Positions 42,648-53,730 of a stretch of 64,000 nucleotides of DNA are shown in pieces. Every line of letters starts with the position of its first letter. Within the stretch, counting starts at the first letter, position 1. The stretch spans positions 13,135-77,134 of the forward strand of contig JAZGDE010000046.1 of the NCBI GenBank assembly GCA_036477295.1. Direction: 5' to 3'. The notes beneath the pieces were generated by a model. It did not search any database. It worked only from the letters and a program-made list of their open reading frames with translations, and had not been told where the DNA came from. The stretch comes from Bacteroidota bacterium (GTDB lineage Bacteria > Bacteroidota > Ignavibacteria > UBA10030 > JAZGDE01). Position numbers and translations under genes: made by a program.

Positions 42648-42794
42648 ATGAAGCCGACGTATCAACCGAGCATCCGGAAGCGAAAAAATACACACGGCTT
42701 TCGTGCGCGCATGAAATCGAAGAGCGGCCGGAGAGTGGTGGCGCAGCGCAGAGCGAAGGGTCGTTGGAAGTTAACGGTCAGCGACGAACGATAA
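42648..42794 (+). CDS. rpmH: 50S ribosomal protein L34
   Basis: [44 protein letters not shown] preceded by AGGAG. The ORF-track ORF is N-terminally over-extended. Confidence 0.9.
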   Translation: MKPTYQPSIRKRKNTHGFRARMKSKSGRRVVAQRRAKGRWKLTVSDER

Positions 42795-42814
42795 TCAACC
42801 GGCGAACGATTCCT

Positions 42815-43261
42815 ATGTCGGCGGAGGTTCTCAAGTCGCACGGCACCGGGAGGACTCTCAAGAAGCATGAAATCCTTCGCGGGCATAGACAATTTGACCG
42901 TGCGATAACAGGGGGGAAATCGCTCTTCGGAGAGCTTCTGCGCTGCTTCGTTTCTCCTTCGGGCTTTGGAGGAGATCTCGGGCGAGACATGGTGAAGATC
43001 GGGTTCGCCGTTAGCCGGAAGATCCGAAAATCCAGCGTGCGAAATCGACTCAAGCGGATAATGCGGGAAGTCTATCGGATGCACAAGGAGCGGCTGCATC
43101 AGCTCGCGATACGGAATTCTCAGCGACTTGAGCTCGTGCTGGTGTTCAGGGGAAACACTGACAGCGACCCCAAGAAAGTTCCATACGAACTCATCGAAAA
43201 GGATTTTCTGCGCATCGTCGATCGACTCGAGCGCGGCTTGGACGGAGCGGGATTCGTATGA
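42815..43261 (+). CDS. rnpA: Ribonuclease P protein component
   Basis: Start placed at [10 protein letters not shown] after the rpmH stop. [13 protein letters not shown]...[24 protein letters not shown] typical of RnpA. Confidence 0.85.
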   Translation: MSAEVLKSHGTGRTLKKHEILRGHRQFDRAITGGKSLFGELLRCFVSPSGFGGDLGRDMVKIGFAVSRKIRKSSVRNRLKRIMREVYRMHKERLHQLAIRNSQRLELVLVFRGNTDSDPKKVPYELIEKDFLRIVDRLERGLDGAGFV

Positions 43262-43470
43262 CTACTGTTGCCATCTCTTTCATCAAATTCTATCAACGTT
43301 TTCTCTCGCCGCTACTTCCTCCGAATAGCTGTCGGTTCTACCCCACGTGCTCATCCTACTCGTTGGAAGCGTTCTCAAAGCGCGGTTTCCTGCTGGGGAT
43401 GTGGCTGACGGCAAAACGAGTCGGTCGTTGCCTTCCTTTTCATCCAGGTGGATTTGATCCCGTGCCGTGA
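43258..43470 (+). CDS. yidD: Membrane protein insertion efficiency factor YidD
   Basis: 70 aa. [29 protein letters not shown] signature. Confidence 0.85.
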   Translation: MTTVAISFIKFYQRFLSPLLPPNSCRFYPTCSSYSLEAFSKRGFLLGMWLTAKRVGRCLPFHPGGFDPVP

Positions 43471-43492
43471 GCGTTGATACAATGGAGGTCTG

Positions 43493-45301
43493 ATGGGTAA
43501 GCCAGAAACGATCGGGTTTGTTTTGATCGCAGTCGTACTGATACTCTGGATGTTCCTGAACGCTCCGGAGCCTCCACCTCCTTCTACTATGCGGCCCGAT
43601 ACGGTAGGTGTGTCGCCGCCGGACACAAAGAGACTAGCCGGGACACCAGTGCCGAGGAGAGAGATGGAGACTCCTAGCCAGCTCGATACACTCGGTCGAT
43701 GGTTCGGTCACCTCGTGATGGGTGAGGAGAAGATTGTTCGGATCGAGACGGACCTGTACGTTGCTGAGGTGACGACGAAGGGAGGAGTCATCAGGAAATT
43801 CGAGTTGAAAGAATACAAGGCATGGGACGGAGACGACGTTCAGCTTGTGGACGAAGTACTGGGCGGTGACCTCAGCTATTTGTTTACGACCTCTGACGGC
43901 AAGATCGTGAACACGAGGAACTTGTACTATACACTGGAGGTTCCAACGTGGTTCTCAGTGAGACTACAAGCGGAAGATTCGGTGGCGGTCAAGCTTATCC
44001 TGCCTGTAGCCGAGGGAAGCTGGATGGAAAAAACCTTCATTTTTAAGAACGGTTTGTATTCGTTCGACGTGGAGACAAAGTTCGTCGGCATGGAGCAGAT
44101 CATCTCGAATTTTGAGTACCAGGTGGTGTGGTCAGGAGGACTTCGACTCACGGAGTCCAGAAGTGTGGATGAGGCCGAGTATGCGGCTGCCTTCGTGTAC
44201 ATCGGTCGTGAGTTGGAAGAGCTGGACGCAGCAGATATCGGGGAGGAGGTGAAGTCGGAGGATTACACCGGTGCAACCGACTGGGTGGCTGTCCGGAACA
44301 AGTACTTCGCCGTAGCACTCATTCCGCAGGGACGGAAAGGTTCCGGGGCCTACCTTGCCGGTACGCGAACCCGTTTGCCCGACGGTGGAGACAAGGAGAA
44401 TTATACGGTTGCGCTCAAAATGCCGTTCAAGGGGAGGGAAGACTGGCACTCGCGGCTGACGGTCTTCCTAGGACCACTGCAGCTTGGTATTGTCAAGAGT
44501 TACGGTGTTGAGCTTGACCGGATCATGAGCCTGGGCTGGGTCTGGATCCGGCCGATTTCCGTTTACTTTATCATTCCGCTGTTCACCTTCCTGCATTCGT
44601 TCATCCCGAACTACGGGCTGGTCATCATCGTTTTCTCGATCGTCATCAAAGTGCTTCTGTATCCTCTGACGCGGACGAGTATGCGCTCGATGCAGAAAAT
44701 GCAGTCGCTCCAGCCGATGATGACCGAGATCCGGGAGAAGTACAAGGACAATCCGCAGAAGATGAACGAAGCGACGATGAGGCTGTACAAGGATTACGGG
44801 GTGAATCCAGCTGGTGGTTGTTTGCCGCTCTTGCTCCAGATGCCGATCTTGTACGCGCTCTGGTCGGTATTCCGCTCCACCATTGAGCTTCGACAGGCTG
44901 ACTTCTTCTTGTGGATTACGGACCTTTCTGTTCCGGACGTTATTGCTCAACTTGGCGTCAGCATTCCTCTCCTTGGTTCACACATTAGTGGGCTCGCGTT
45001 CCTGATGGGTGCCACGATGTTCATCCAGCAAAAAATGACGATGAAAGACCCAAAGCAGAAGATGATGGTCTGGATGATGCCGGTGTTTTTGACCTTGTTG
45101 TTTAACAATTTCCCGTCGGGTCTGAACCTTTACTATTTTATGTTCAATCTTCTTTCAATTGCACAGCAGATGTGGTTGACCAAACAGCACAAAGGGGAGC
45201 CGCTGCAGAAAGTGGTGCCGAAGAAAAAATCCGGTGGCTTGTTCAGTCGAATGGGGAATCAGTTACAGCTGTCGAAGATGAGCAAGCGGATGCGGAGGTG
45301 A
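43493..45301 (+). CDS. yidC: Membrane protein insertase YidC
   Basis: 602 aa. Large periplasmic domain then conserved TM core (GLVIIVFSIVIKVLLYPLT...MQKMQSLQPMMTEIREKYKDNPQKMN). Confidence 0.9.
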   Translation: MGKPETIGFVLIAVVLILWMFLNAPEPPPPSTMRPDTVGVSPPDTKRLAGTPVPRREMETPSQLDTLGRWFGHLVMGEEKIVRIETDLYVAEVTTKGGVIRKFELKEYKAWDGDDVQLVDEVLGGDLSYLFTTSDGKIVNTRNLYYTLEVPTWFSVRLQAEDSVAVKLILPVAEGSWMEKTFIFKNGLYSFDVETKFVGMEQIISNFEYQVVWSGGLRLTESRSVDEAEYAAAFVYIGRELEELDAADIGEEVKSEDYTGATDWVAVRNKYFAVALIPQGRKGSGAYLAGTRTRLPDGGDKENYTVALKMPFKGREDWHSRLTVFLGPLQLGIVKSYGVELDRIMSLGWVWIRPISVYFIIPLFTFLHSFIPNYGLVIIVFSIVIKVLLYPLTRTSMRSMQKMQSLQPMMTEIREKYKDNPQKMNEATMRLYKDYGVNPAGGCLPLLLQMPILYALWSVFRSTIELRQADFFLWITDLSVPDVIAQLGVSIPLLGSHISGLAFLMGATMFIQQKMTMKDPKQKMMVWMMPVFLTLLFNNFPSGLNLYYFMFNLLSIAQQMWLTKQHKGEPLQKVVPKKKSGGLFSRMGNQLQLSKMSKRMRR

Positions 45302-45609
45302 AAAAGCGGGCGCTCAGAATTATCCAGCTCTTATTACTAAGCCTCCAAGCGTCAATCCCGCCTTGAATAGGTCAATAGGAGTTCCAAATCGCGCAGCGCA
45401 ATCCTCAGTATTACCGAGGTGAACGCAATGGTTGCGAACCCTTTATCTAAGCAAAATTAGCCACTTCGTCTTCGCAAACCTTTGTGCTAAGTTTAAGGAA
45501 GCACGCCGGCCTCTTACCTATAAGAAAATACGTTGCTCGCAAACTGACCAGCATCCTGTCCTGCTCCTTATCTTCCCGTAGCTGTTCCCTCGGGAGCTTC
45601 GTATGCGAT

Positions 45610-46941
45610 TCACTCCCTTGATGGGATCAAGATGAGCTCCTCCTGCGGCGGGATCAGATACTCCGCGCCCTCGTCCGTGATGACCGCCATTTCCTCAACT
45701 GAGATCGTCTTCGATGCACTCCCCTCCTCATGATCGACTTGCCAGCTGAAAAATCCGTCAAATGCAAACGTCTGTCCGGGCCGCAGAATTCGTAACGCGT
45801 TCCCCGAAGGTTCGCGTTGCGTCCGAGCACCGCCAAGGCTTGGGCCTACGTCGTGGGCCCAGTATCCAACGGGATGTCCAGTACTCCACATGACAGCCAA
45901 CGAGCCAACGTTCCGCATCCAGTTTCGCTGGGCCTTGTCGACATCGTAGCCGCGGACACCCGGTTTCATCGCTTGGAGTGCAATGCGGCTGCCATTCCGT
46001 GCCTTCTCCCATTTCTGGAGTGCTTCTGCCGGCGGCTTGGTTTCACCGGGAGCGAGGACGTATGCAAACCGTTGGATGTCTGTGCACCACACTCCATAGA
46101 CTTTGATTCCAAAATCGGTTTGAATAAAATCACCCGCGCGGATGACTCGATCGGTCGCATGCGAGTGACCGCGGTCGATACCGGAGTTGACGTTCGGGTT
46201 CTGTTCGGGTGCCCACGCATCTTCCACTCGGAGTTCGCGCATCCGGTTCTTGAGATATCGAGCGACGTCGGAATCTTTCGTTTTCCCCGGAACCACCGTT
46301 TTATATGCCTCGAGTTCGAGCTGCTCAGTCAGCACGGCAGCTTTGCGCAGGATTTCTACCTCCTCAGGAAGCTTTACTGAGAGCCATTCGACGACGAGCT
46401 CCTCAGCCGAGACTAATCGCTTCGTTAAGTCAGGTCCGATTGCCTTCTCCAGCTGTAGTCGTTGGGTATACGAGAGGCCGTCTGCCACGGCTCGCGACGA
46501 CGAGTTGATCCCGATCTTTTGTGCATTGACTGCTCGAAGTTGCTCTGCAACCAATTGCCCCACGTTTCCCCTACGATCCGAGACAATTACAGTGTCGTGC
46601 AAGCCAATGTCTTTCAGGGCGGTAGCCTCACCGACGGGAGAAATGGCGACCGATTTCACACGACCGCTTTGCAGGAAAAACAGGAAGGCGGCCGTACCAC
46701 CAGCATTTTCGCCACCGACGTGCAGGGCGAGGGGATCATTGTTGTTCTCACGACAGATGATCACCCATGCATCGATCCCCGCCCGCTCCATCGCTTGTGG
46801 GAGTAGTTTTTCAATCCGTGCCTTTCGTATTTCAGGCCAAGGATTATTGCGGGGATCGAATTGTTGGGTGAACGCTGGTTGCGAGCAGATTATGCTGCAA
46901 GCGGCAACGATTACTGCTATTCCTACGAAAGCGGTTTTCAT
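45610..46941 (-). CDS. M24-family metallopeptidase (Xaa-Pro aminopeptidase-like), secreted
   Basis: Start set at MKTAFVGIAVIVAACSIICS (signal peptide). Creatinase N-domain and pita-bread fold C-domain (HATDRVIRAGDFIQTDFG, GHPVGYWAHD). Confidence 0.75.
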   Translation of the reverse strand: MKTAFVGIAVIVAACSIICSQPAFTQQFDPRNNPWPEIRKARIEKLLPQAMERAGIDAWVIICRENNNDPLALHVGGENAGGTAAFLFFLQSGRVKSVAISPVGEATALKDIGLHDTVIVSDRRGNVGQLVAEQLRAVNAQKIGINSSSRAVADGLSYTQRLQLEKAIGPDLTKRLVSAEELVVEWLSVKLPEEVEILRKAAVLTEQLELEAYKTVVPGKTKDSDVARYLKNRMRELRVEDAWAPEQNPNVNSGIDRGHSHATDRVIRAGDFIQTDFGIKVYGVWCTDIQRFAYVLAPGETKPPAEALQKWEKARNGSRIALQAMKPGVRGYDVDKAQRNWMRNVGSLAVMWSTGHPVGYWAHDVGPSLGGARTQREPSGNALRILRPGQTFAFDGFFSWQVDHEEGSASKTISVEEMAVITDEGAEYLIPPQEELILIPSRE

Positions 46942-47456
46942 CGCTGCGCAAGCGATCGACGTTTGCCGCGAGTCCATGAGCTTCCCCGAAGGGAGGCGAG
47001 CTTGCCGAACAACGTTAGAAACGGTTAAAAAAAGTCGCATGGAAGTTTCTCCCAAATTTAGCTTCTTACTGGTAAGAGGCAATATGGAGCTGCTAACGGA
47101 TGGATTTTTCGGAGCCTTGCAGTAAGTGAGTATCTCTGATCACTTGGGGTTTGAGGACACGGATGGAGAAAAACCCCGTTACTCGCAGGCCAAATGAAGC
47201 GGTAGCAATAGATTGTCCCCTTTTTCAGACTTGAAAGAATTTTTTTCCCGGCGGTACTCATGAGGACTACCCGGAACGGTGTTGCGAGAATAGAAACGGG
47301 TCAGCTGCAGATCGTATTCTCTCACAACCGAGATACTGGTTTGAGTCCAGGAAAGGTGGATACGGCTTTCAGCCAACACTCCCTCTATAGGCATGTGTGT
47401 TGGCTGTCCTATTGCGGTGCGTTCGAAGATACAATAGGGATCAGAACCTCAATGGG

Positions 47457-47645
47457 TCATTTGAGCAAGCTGTCCATTTTCTCCGTTATATTTCTTATAT
47501 CTTCAGGAGACATTTTTTGCAAGGCGTCCTTGTGAACTTGTTCCGCATGGGCAAACGCGGCCTTTTTCACTTCCTCGGCCGTTTCTTCTTTTGCAACAAA
47601 GTCGCAATCAAAAGAGCCGACAGCGCGACATGATAGAGTTTTCAT
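47457..47645 (-). CDS. DUF1059 family small protein
   Basis: 62 aa MKTLSCRAVGSFDCDFVAKEETAEEVKKAAFAHAEQVH, matches the DUF1059 pattern. Confidence 0.6.
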   Translation of the reverse strand: MKTLSCRAVGSFDCDFVAKEETAEEVKKAAFAHAEQVHKDALQKMSPEDIRNITEKMDSLLK

Positions 47646-47790
47646 ATTTAGGCTCCTTTCTTCATGGACGTTGGTATCAATCTGTTCTTGAAGTTACGAA
47701 GGAAAAGTTCGTGAGGTAAAACACAGGCCAAAGACAGTCGAATGTCAGGTATTGCCGTGCGAGCAGAACACTGGTTGAATCATGCTATCT

Positions 47791-48093
47791 CTACCCTTTC
47801 ACGAGACCGATTCGATCGCCCTCGGGATCAGTGAACAGCGCGAACGTCACGACGTTCGGAATCTCTGTCGGCGGTATGACGACCTTGCCACCGAGCTTTT
47901 CCGCCCTATTGAGGTACCCCTGCAAATCATCGACCTGCACGTAGAAGGTTACGTATGGTTTCTTATCCTCACCGGTTGGTCCTATTCCGCCATTGATTCC
48001 GCCCTCGCCGCCGGTGTTCGCTAGTCCGTAGTTCATCAGGTTGTTGGAATCGATCTTCCAGTCAAACAGTTTGGAGTAGAAGTCCTGCAGCAT
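47791..48093 (-). CDS. VOC-family (glyoxalase/bleomycin-resistance fold) protein
   Basis: 100 aa. Paired beta-alpha-beta-beta-beta modules (PYVTFYVQVDDL, GGKVVIPPTE, GDRIGLV). Confidence 0.65.
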   Translation of the reverse strand: MLQDFYSKLFDWKIDSNNLMNYGLANTGGEGGINGGIGPTGEDKKPYVTFYVQVDDLQGYLNRAEKLGGKVVIPPTEIPNVVTFALFTDPEGDRIGLVKG

Positions 48094-48306
48094 CTTAGTA
48101 TCATTCCCTCCGATCTTCCAATGAACGACAGGTTTGCCTATAGTTTCCTCCTATTACGGGTTAGATTCGATTTTCTTTCTGGCGACTTGCAGGAAATCTT
48201 ACAGTAGCGCCAGAGGTTTCTCCGTGTGGTGGCAATGGGACTACAACTGGTGCACGGGAGCGGTCCGCATCACACGGTCTACCCCGTAGATGCGGGGATA
48301 TTCTTG

Positions 48307-48813
48307 TTACTTCTTCCGCTCGAATTCGAACTTCCAAGGAGATTCCTTGCCGTCTTCGAGAAAGGTCCACTCTTGCGTAATGTGATTGTCGTCGGCGAAG
48401 GTGACGACAAGCCCGCGCATGTGTCCGTCAGATGGATTCGCGAGGTTCGTGGCATCCACGAAGGAAAAGTCAATCTTGTTGACCTTGCTGGCCATGGGCT
48501 TCGCACGCATCCGGGGTTGGTTCTGGGCCGAACAGTAATGTGTCATCATCAAGTTGTCGCCGTCAAGATGATAGACGGTGATCATGCTTGGACGATCTCC
48601 TCCGGGCTCCATGGTTTCCACCAAAGCCGATCCGCCTGAGAATAACTGGTAGGTTAGTCGAAGCGGTGTTCCCTCGGGATTCTTGCCCTGCCATTCACCA
48701 ATGAGAGATTTCAACTTGTCGAATCCCGGTTCGGCCTTGCTCTGAGCAAGAGCGGGACGTACGTGCAACAAGATGAGCACGACGAAGCAGAGAAATATTG
48801 TGTGTCGCTTCAT
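48307..48813 (-). CDS. Secreted hypothetical protein (lipocalin/DUF1579-like size and pattern)
   Basis: 168 aa with signal peptide MKRHTIFLCFVVLILLHVRPALA. Family assignment tentative. Confidence 0.5.
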   Translation of the reverse strand: MKRHTIFLCFVVLILLHVRPALAQSKAEPGFDKLKSLIGEWQGKNPEGTPLRLTYQLFSGGSALVETMEPGGDRPSMITVYHLDGDNLMMTHYCSAQNQPRMRAKPMASKVNKIDFSFVDATNLANPSDGHMRGLVVTFADDNHITQEWTFLEDGKESPWKFEFERKK

Positions 48814-48869
48814 AGTTTAGTTTCCTCCTGTGATGTAGTTGAATTTGAGTTTCTAGTGCGCCAGATTGC

Positions 48870-49328
48870 TTAAGTTGACACCAACTTGGCGAGCCGGCCG
48901 AGGCATCCAGTCCAACCTTTGTTGTGGTCGTCGCGTGATTTTTCGTCAGGGAAGAGATCATGTGTAAGAATGATCTCGGTGGAACCTCCCAAGTCGCGGA
49001 ATTCAACGGTGACGAGCGTCTCTCCGATGTTCGCGTCCGGATTTTCCCAGGACCATGTGAATACGAGCTTCTCCGGGACTCGGATTTCACGAAACGTGCC
49101 GAACGCAACGTAGGGAACATCCGTGTTAGGTGGCTTCATGCCGAAACGATAATTTCCCCCGATTCTCAAGTCCACCTGGGCGATGGGCATAGAATACTCG
49201 TCTGTCGGAGCGAACCATTTTTTCAATTCTGTGGGCTCTGTCCATGTACGGAATACTCTCTCCCGCGGGGCTGCGAAGGTCCGCTTGAGCTGGAGACTGG
49301 TCTGTATCTTGGCATTCGCCTTGGCCAT
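48870..49328 (-). CDS. SRPBCC-family protein (AHSA1/activator-of-Hsp90-ATPase-like fold)
   Basis: 152 aa, PRERVFRTWTEPTELKKWF... typical AHSA1/SRPBCC N-terminus. Confidence 0.65.
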   Translation of the reverse strand: MAKANAKIQTSLQLKRTFAAPRERVFRTWTEPTELKKWFAPTDEYSMPIAQVDLRIGGNYRFGMKPPNTDVPYVAFGTFREIRVPEKLVFTWSWENPDANIGETLVTVEFRDLGGSTEIILTHDLFPDEKSRDDHNKGWTGCLGRLAKLVST

Positions 49329-49581
49329 CAGGGTTTCTCTTTTTTGTTGGATTTATCTAGATACTCAGCAAGAGCCTCAAATTGACCTTCCCAGAAACGT
49401 CGATAGCATTCAATTGCTAATTTGAAAAAAGTTTATTCCCCGGGGTGTAGAATTCAGGTGGGGGACGTCGTTTTGCCGTGATCGAATACGTATACGTCAG
49501 GTGTGCGTGGAAGTTTGATTTTCGGGCGTTTTTTTGATAGATTTTTTTTGGCTTGTTTGTTCAATCAGGAAAATCGGTGCG

Positions 49582-50982
49582 ATGAAATCACAGGATGATG
49601 TCATTGCCGCGATCGCGACGCCGATCGGTGAAGGCGGGATTTCGGTGATTCGTCTGAGCGGCAATGGTGCGTTCGAGGTCGCCGACCGCGGATTTCGGGG
49701 TAAGGTGCGACTTTCCGAGGCGCGGACGCATACAGCGCATTTCGGGCATATGATCGACCAGTCGGGCGAGGTGCTGGACGAGGTGGTTGCAGTGGTGTTT
49801 CGTGGACCGCATTCCTACACGGCAGAGGACGTTGTGGAGCTAAGCTGTCACGGTGGGCTATGGATTACGCGGACGGTCTTGGATGCTGTTATTGCAAACG
49901 GCGGGCGGCTTGCTGAACCGGGGGAGTTCACCAAGCGTGCATTCTTGAACGGTCGCATTGACCTTTCCCAAGCGGAGGCGGTTGCGGATCTCATTCGGGC
50001 ACGCACCGACTTGGCACATCGATCATCCCTGCACCAGCTTGAGGGAAAGTTATCAGAAAGCATTAACGTGGTCCGGAACGAACTGATCGAAATGTGCGGG
50101 CTGTTAGAGTTGGAGCTGGATTTCGTCGAGGAGGACATCGAGTTCTTGGATAAGCCGACGCTCGCGCGGAGGTTATCCTCCGTTATTGTAAAGATTGACC
50201 TCTTAATCCAGTCCTATTCATTCGGCAAGGTGTGCCGCGAGGGCATCAAAGTGGTGCTCTCCGGTAACACAAACGTTGGAAAATCAAGCCTTCTGAACGC
50301 ACTGCTCAACGAGAACCGCGCTATCGTGACGGAGATACCAGGCACGACTCGTGATGTGATTGAGGAGAACCTCAATATTGACGGAGTTTTGTTTCGGGTT
50401 GTCGATACCGCCGGCCTTCGGGAAACGGTCGATATCGTTGAACAGGAAGGGGTAAGGCGGTCAGAAAATCAGATCTTGAGCTGCGACATTCTCGTGTTGG
50501 TATTCGATGCCTCACAGCCTGTCGGCGAACCTGACCGTGTACTCATTGAGCGAATTCTGGGCAAGATCGACAGTAAACAAACAGGCTGCTTGGTTGTGCA
50601 AAACAAAATGGATCTGGTCTCGAACGGCCAGTCCGACGGGGTATTGCAGTTCCTCAGCCGATATCGACGGGTGAACATCTCAGCTCTCACAGGAATGGGC
50701 CTCGACGATGTTCGCCGGGAGTTCGTCAAACTAGCTCTTGGCGGCAGAACCGACAGCTCTGAAGGGACCGTCACAGTCACGAACAGCCGGCATAAGCAAG
50801 CGCTCGAGAAAGCCAGAGATCATCTCAGGCTAGCCCTTCGATCGATCGAAGAGAGACAGAGTGGGGAGTTTGTTGCAGTAGACCTACGGTCTGCTCTCGA
50901 TTTTCTCGGTGAAATTGTAGGGACAGTGACTACAGAGGACATTTTGAACTCGATCTTTTCAAAATTCTGCATCGGGAAGTAA
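49582..50982 (+). CDS. mnmE: tRNA modification GTPase MnmE
   Basis: Start MKSQDDVIAAIATPIGEGGISVIRLSG. G-domain GNTNVGKSSLLNAL. C-terminal CIGK. Confidence 0.9.
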   Translation: MKSQDDVIAAIATPIGEGGISVIRLSGNGAFEVADRGFRGKVRLSEARTHTAHFGHMIDQSGEVLDEVVAVVFRGPHSYTAEDVVELSCHGGLWITRTVLDAVIANGGRLAEPGEFTKRAFLNGRIDLSQAEAVADLIRARTDLAHRSSLHQLEGKLSESINVVRNELIEMCGLLELELDFVEEDIEFLDKPTLARRLSSVIVKIDLLIQSYSFGKVCREGIKVVLSGNTNVGKSSLLNALLNENRAIVTEIPGTTRDVIEENLNIDGVLFRVVDTAGLRETVDIVEQEGVRRSENQILSCDILVLVFDASQPVGEPDRVLIERILGKIDSKQTGCLVVQNKMDLVSNGQSDGVLQFLSRYRRVNISALTGMGLDDVRREFVKLALGGRTDSSEGTVTVTNSRHKQALEKARDHLRLALRSIEERQSGEFVAVDLRSALDFLGEIVGTVTTEDILNSIFSKFCIGK

Positions 50983-51032
50983 GTAAGTTTACATAACACC
51001 GAGGTTTCACGTGAAACTCGCTTTCGACGGGT

Positions 51033-52934
51033 ATGGAATCAAACGACCATACATACTATGACGTTGTCGTTGTGGGTGCTGGGCACGCCGGCATTGAAGC
51101 CTGTCTGGCGACGGCGCGAATGGGCTGCAGTACCCTCCTGATGACCATGGACAAGAAGGCCATCGGGAGAATGTCGTGCAATCCGGCCATCGGAGGTACC
51201 GCGAAAGGGCACCTGGTTCGTGAGGTCGACGCACTGGGCGGAGAAATGGGGAAAATCGCCGATGCGACTGGCATCCACTTCCGAATGCTGAATAAATCGA
51301 AGGGTCCGGCAGTATGGTCACCACGGTGTCAGAACGACCGTCAGTGGTACGCCGAGGAGGCAAGAAGGCGTGTCGAATCGCAGGAAGGCCTTGTGATACT
51401 GGAAGATGCTATTGTTGAAATCTGCAGTGAATCCGACGGTATCCCGAGGCGGCGAAAGCTAACCGGGGTCAAAACCTCGAAAGGCGCTTTTGTTCGATGT
51501 AAAGCGCTCATTATTTGCGCGGGGACCTTCCTGCGCGCACTGATGCACACGGGATTGAATAGCAGTGCCGGTGGAAGATACGGAGAGCCGGCCTCCGGTG
51601 GCCTGACCGAATGTCTCGAGAAGTTTGGCTTTGTAAGCGGGAGACTGAAGACTGGAACCCCGCCAAGGGTCGACATGGATAGCATTGACTTCAGCAAGGT
51701 CGAAGAGCAGCACCCGGATAATCCTCCTGAGCCATTTTCCTATCAGTCGACCGAGATCGGCCAAAGGCAGATCTCAATGTACCTGACATACACGAACGGC
51801 GTGACCCATGATAGCCTGCGAAAAGGATTCGACCGGTCCCCTATGTTCACCGGCCTCATTAAGGGCCGCGGTCCGCGGTACTGCCCGTCCATTGAGGACA
51901 AGATCGTGCGTTTTGCGGACAAGGAGCGCCACCAGATATTCCTCGAACCGGAGGGATACACTACAAACGTGGTCTATGTCAACGGGTTCTCCACGAGCCT
52001 TCCGGAAGACATCCAGTTTGAGGGTCTGAAGACGATTCCTGGCTTAGAAAACGTGAAAATGCTGAGGCCAGGATACGCGGTGGAGTATGACTTTTTCCCA
52101 CCCCATCAGGTCGAACTGACGCTGGAGACGAAGCTCGTGGAAGGCCTCTTCTTCGCCGGTCAGATCAATGGTACCTCAGGATACGAAGAGGCAGCAGGTC
52201 AAGGCATAATCGCAGGTATCAATGCCGCTCTAAGAGTGAAAGGCGAACCGCCCTTTGTCCTCAAGCGGTCTCAGGCCTATATCGGTGTCCTGATCGACGA
52301 CCTCGTCAACAAGAGCACGGATGAACCCTATCGTATGTTCACCTCGAGAGCTGAACACAGGCTCTTCTTGCGGCAGGATAACGCCGACAGGCGCTTGATG
52401 AAGTACGGCAACGCGTTTGGACTCATCCCCGACGATGTCTATTCAACACTCAAAGAGAAAGAACAGCTTGTGGAGGAAGGTAAACGATTTGCAGAGTCAT
52501 TCTCGATGCGTCCCGAGGAGGTGAACGTCTATCTGGAATCGGTGGGATCCTCCCCGCTCACGGAAAACGAAAAATTGGCCAATTTGATCAAGCGTCCTGG
52601 GGTGACGGTTGAAGGACTCCTCAGGCAGGAATCCCTGCATTCCGAGCCCTTTGTGGCGAAGTGCCTCGATCGCGGCGATGTCTTGAGGCAGCTCGAAATC
52701 GAGTTGAAGTACGATGGGTACATTACGCGGCAGCTGGAGCAAATCGAGCGCTTCGAAAGGTACGAGTCGCTCGACATTCCAGTGAATTTTGATTTCAATC
52801 GGATGAAGTCGCTTTCCACCGAAGGAAGAGAAAAGCTCAATCGCGTCCGCCCACGATCGATCGGCCAGGCTTCCCGCATCAGCGGCGTTTCTCCTGCGGA
52901 TGTCTCCATCCTGATGGTGTATCTGAAAGGATGA
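51033..52934 (+). CDS. mnmG: tRNA uridine 5-carboxymethylaminomethyl modification enzyme MnmG (GidA)
   Basis: 633 aa. FAD motif [14 protein letters not shown] and GidA family throughout. Confidence 0.95.
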   Translation: MESNDHTYYDVVVVGAGHAGIEACLATARMGCSTLLMTMDKKAIGRMSCNPAIGGTAKGHLVREVDALGGEMGKIADATGIHFRMLNKSKGPAVWSPRCQNDRQWYAEEARRRVESQEGLVILEDAIVEICSESDGIPRRRKLTGVKTSKGAFVRCKALIICAGTFLRALMHTGLNSSAGGRYGEPASGGLTECLEKFGFVSGRLKTGTPPRVDMDSIDFSKVEEQHPDNPPEPFSYQSTEIGQRQISMYLTYTNGVTHDSLRKGFDRSPMFTGLIKGRGPRYCPSIEDKIVRFADKERHQIFLEPEGYTTNVVYVNGFSTSLPEDIQFEGLKTIPGLENVKMLRPGYAVEYDFFPPHQVELTLETKLVEGLFFAGQINGTSGYEEAAGQGIIAGINAALRVKGEPPFVLKRSQAYIGVLIDDLVNKSTDEPYRMFTSRAEHRLFLRQDNADRRLMKYGNAFGLIPDDVYSTLKEKEQLVEEGKRFAESFSMRPEEVNVYLESVGSSPLTENEKLANLIKRPGVTVEGLLRQESLHSEPFVAKCLDRGDVLRQLEIELKYDGYITRQLEQIERFERYESLDIPVNFDFNRMKSLSTEGREKLNRVRPRSIGQASRISGVSPADVSILMVYLKG

Positions 52935-52999
52935 GATGTTTCACGTGAAAATCGACGAATTAAGTTCAATGAAAACAACGGCTTATATCTTTACATCGA

Positions 53000-53722
53000 A
53001 TGGATAAGTTGGTCTGGCTCCGAACTGTTTGCCAGAAGAACGGATTGATGATCTCAGATGACAAGCTTACATTCATCCAGAAATACGTAGAACTTCTTCT
53101 CGACTGGAATAGGCGAATCAATCTGATTTCACGCAGAGATGAACCGAACATCTGGGAGCGACACATCCTCCACTCACTTGCGGCGCTGTTCAAACTTGAC
53201 CTTTCGCCCACCGCCAGCGTGCTTGACCTCGGTGCGGGTGGTGGACTGCCAGGCATTCCGATCAAGATCGTACTTGAGAGTCTTCAGTTAACTTGCCTTG
53301 ACTCCATCAAGAAGAAAACCGTTGCTCTGGGCAATATCGTCCTGAAGCTCTCGTTGAGTGAAGTGCAAGTCGTTTGCGGCCGCGCAGAAGATCTGGGGAA
53401 GAAAAACCAGTTTCATTCATCGTACGATTACGTGCTATGCCGGGCAGTGGGACCACTCAAGGATCTAGTGAAATGGAGCGCGCCGTTTTTGAGGAAGTCC
53501 GGTGAGTTCGCCAGTCGAGAAGGACATCTGAGAACAGGCCATCGCTTTCGCGTGCCGGTAGGTTCGCTGATCGCATGGAAAGGCGGTGAGCTCGAACGGG
53601 AATTCCAGGTCGTACGCAAGATGAAGTCGGTCCGATCGATCACGGTGGTCCCAATCGTGTTTGAAGGAAGTGAAACAATTGAGGCGAACGACAAGCAGCT
53701 GGTCATTCTGCCGCTGAGCTGA
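53000..53722 (+). CDS. rsmG: 16S rRNA (guanine527-N7)-methyltransferase RsmG
   Basis: 240 aa. LLDWNRRINLIS...HILHSL and SAM motif LDLGAGGGLPGIP. Confidence 0.85.
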   Translation: MDKLVWLRTVCQKNGLMISDDKLTFIQKYVELLLDWNRRINLISRRDEPNIWERHILHSLAALFKLDLSPTASVLDLGAGGGLPGIPIKIVLESLQLTCLDSIKKKTVALGNIVLKLSLSEVQVVCGRAEDLGKKNQFHSSYDYVLCRAVGPLKDLVKWSAPFLRKSGEFASREGHLRTGHRFRVPVGSLIAWKGGELEREFQVVRKMKSVRSITVVPIVFEGSETIEANDKQLVILPLS

Positions 53723-53730
53723 GTCACAGT

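Noticed and set aside
42564-42794. 76-aa ORF-track extension of rpmH
   Set aside because: L34 is about 45 aa. The upstream in-frame ATG precedes the AGGAG ribosome-binding site, so the true start is ATG 42648.
45817-47125. Plus-strand ORFs of 187 and 312 aa
   Set aside because: Antisense to the M24 peptidase. Low-complexity Ser/Arg-rich sequence.
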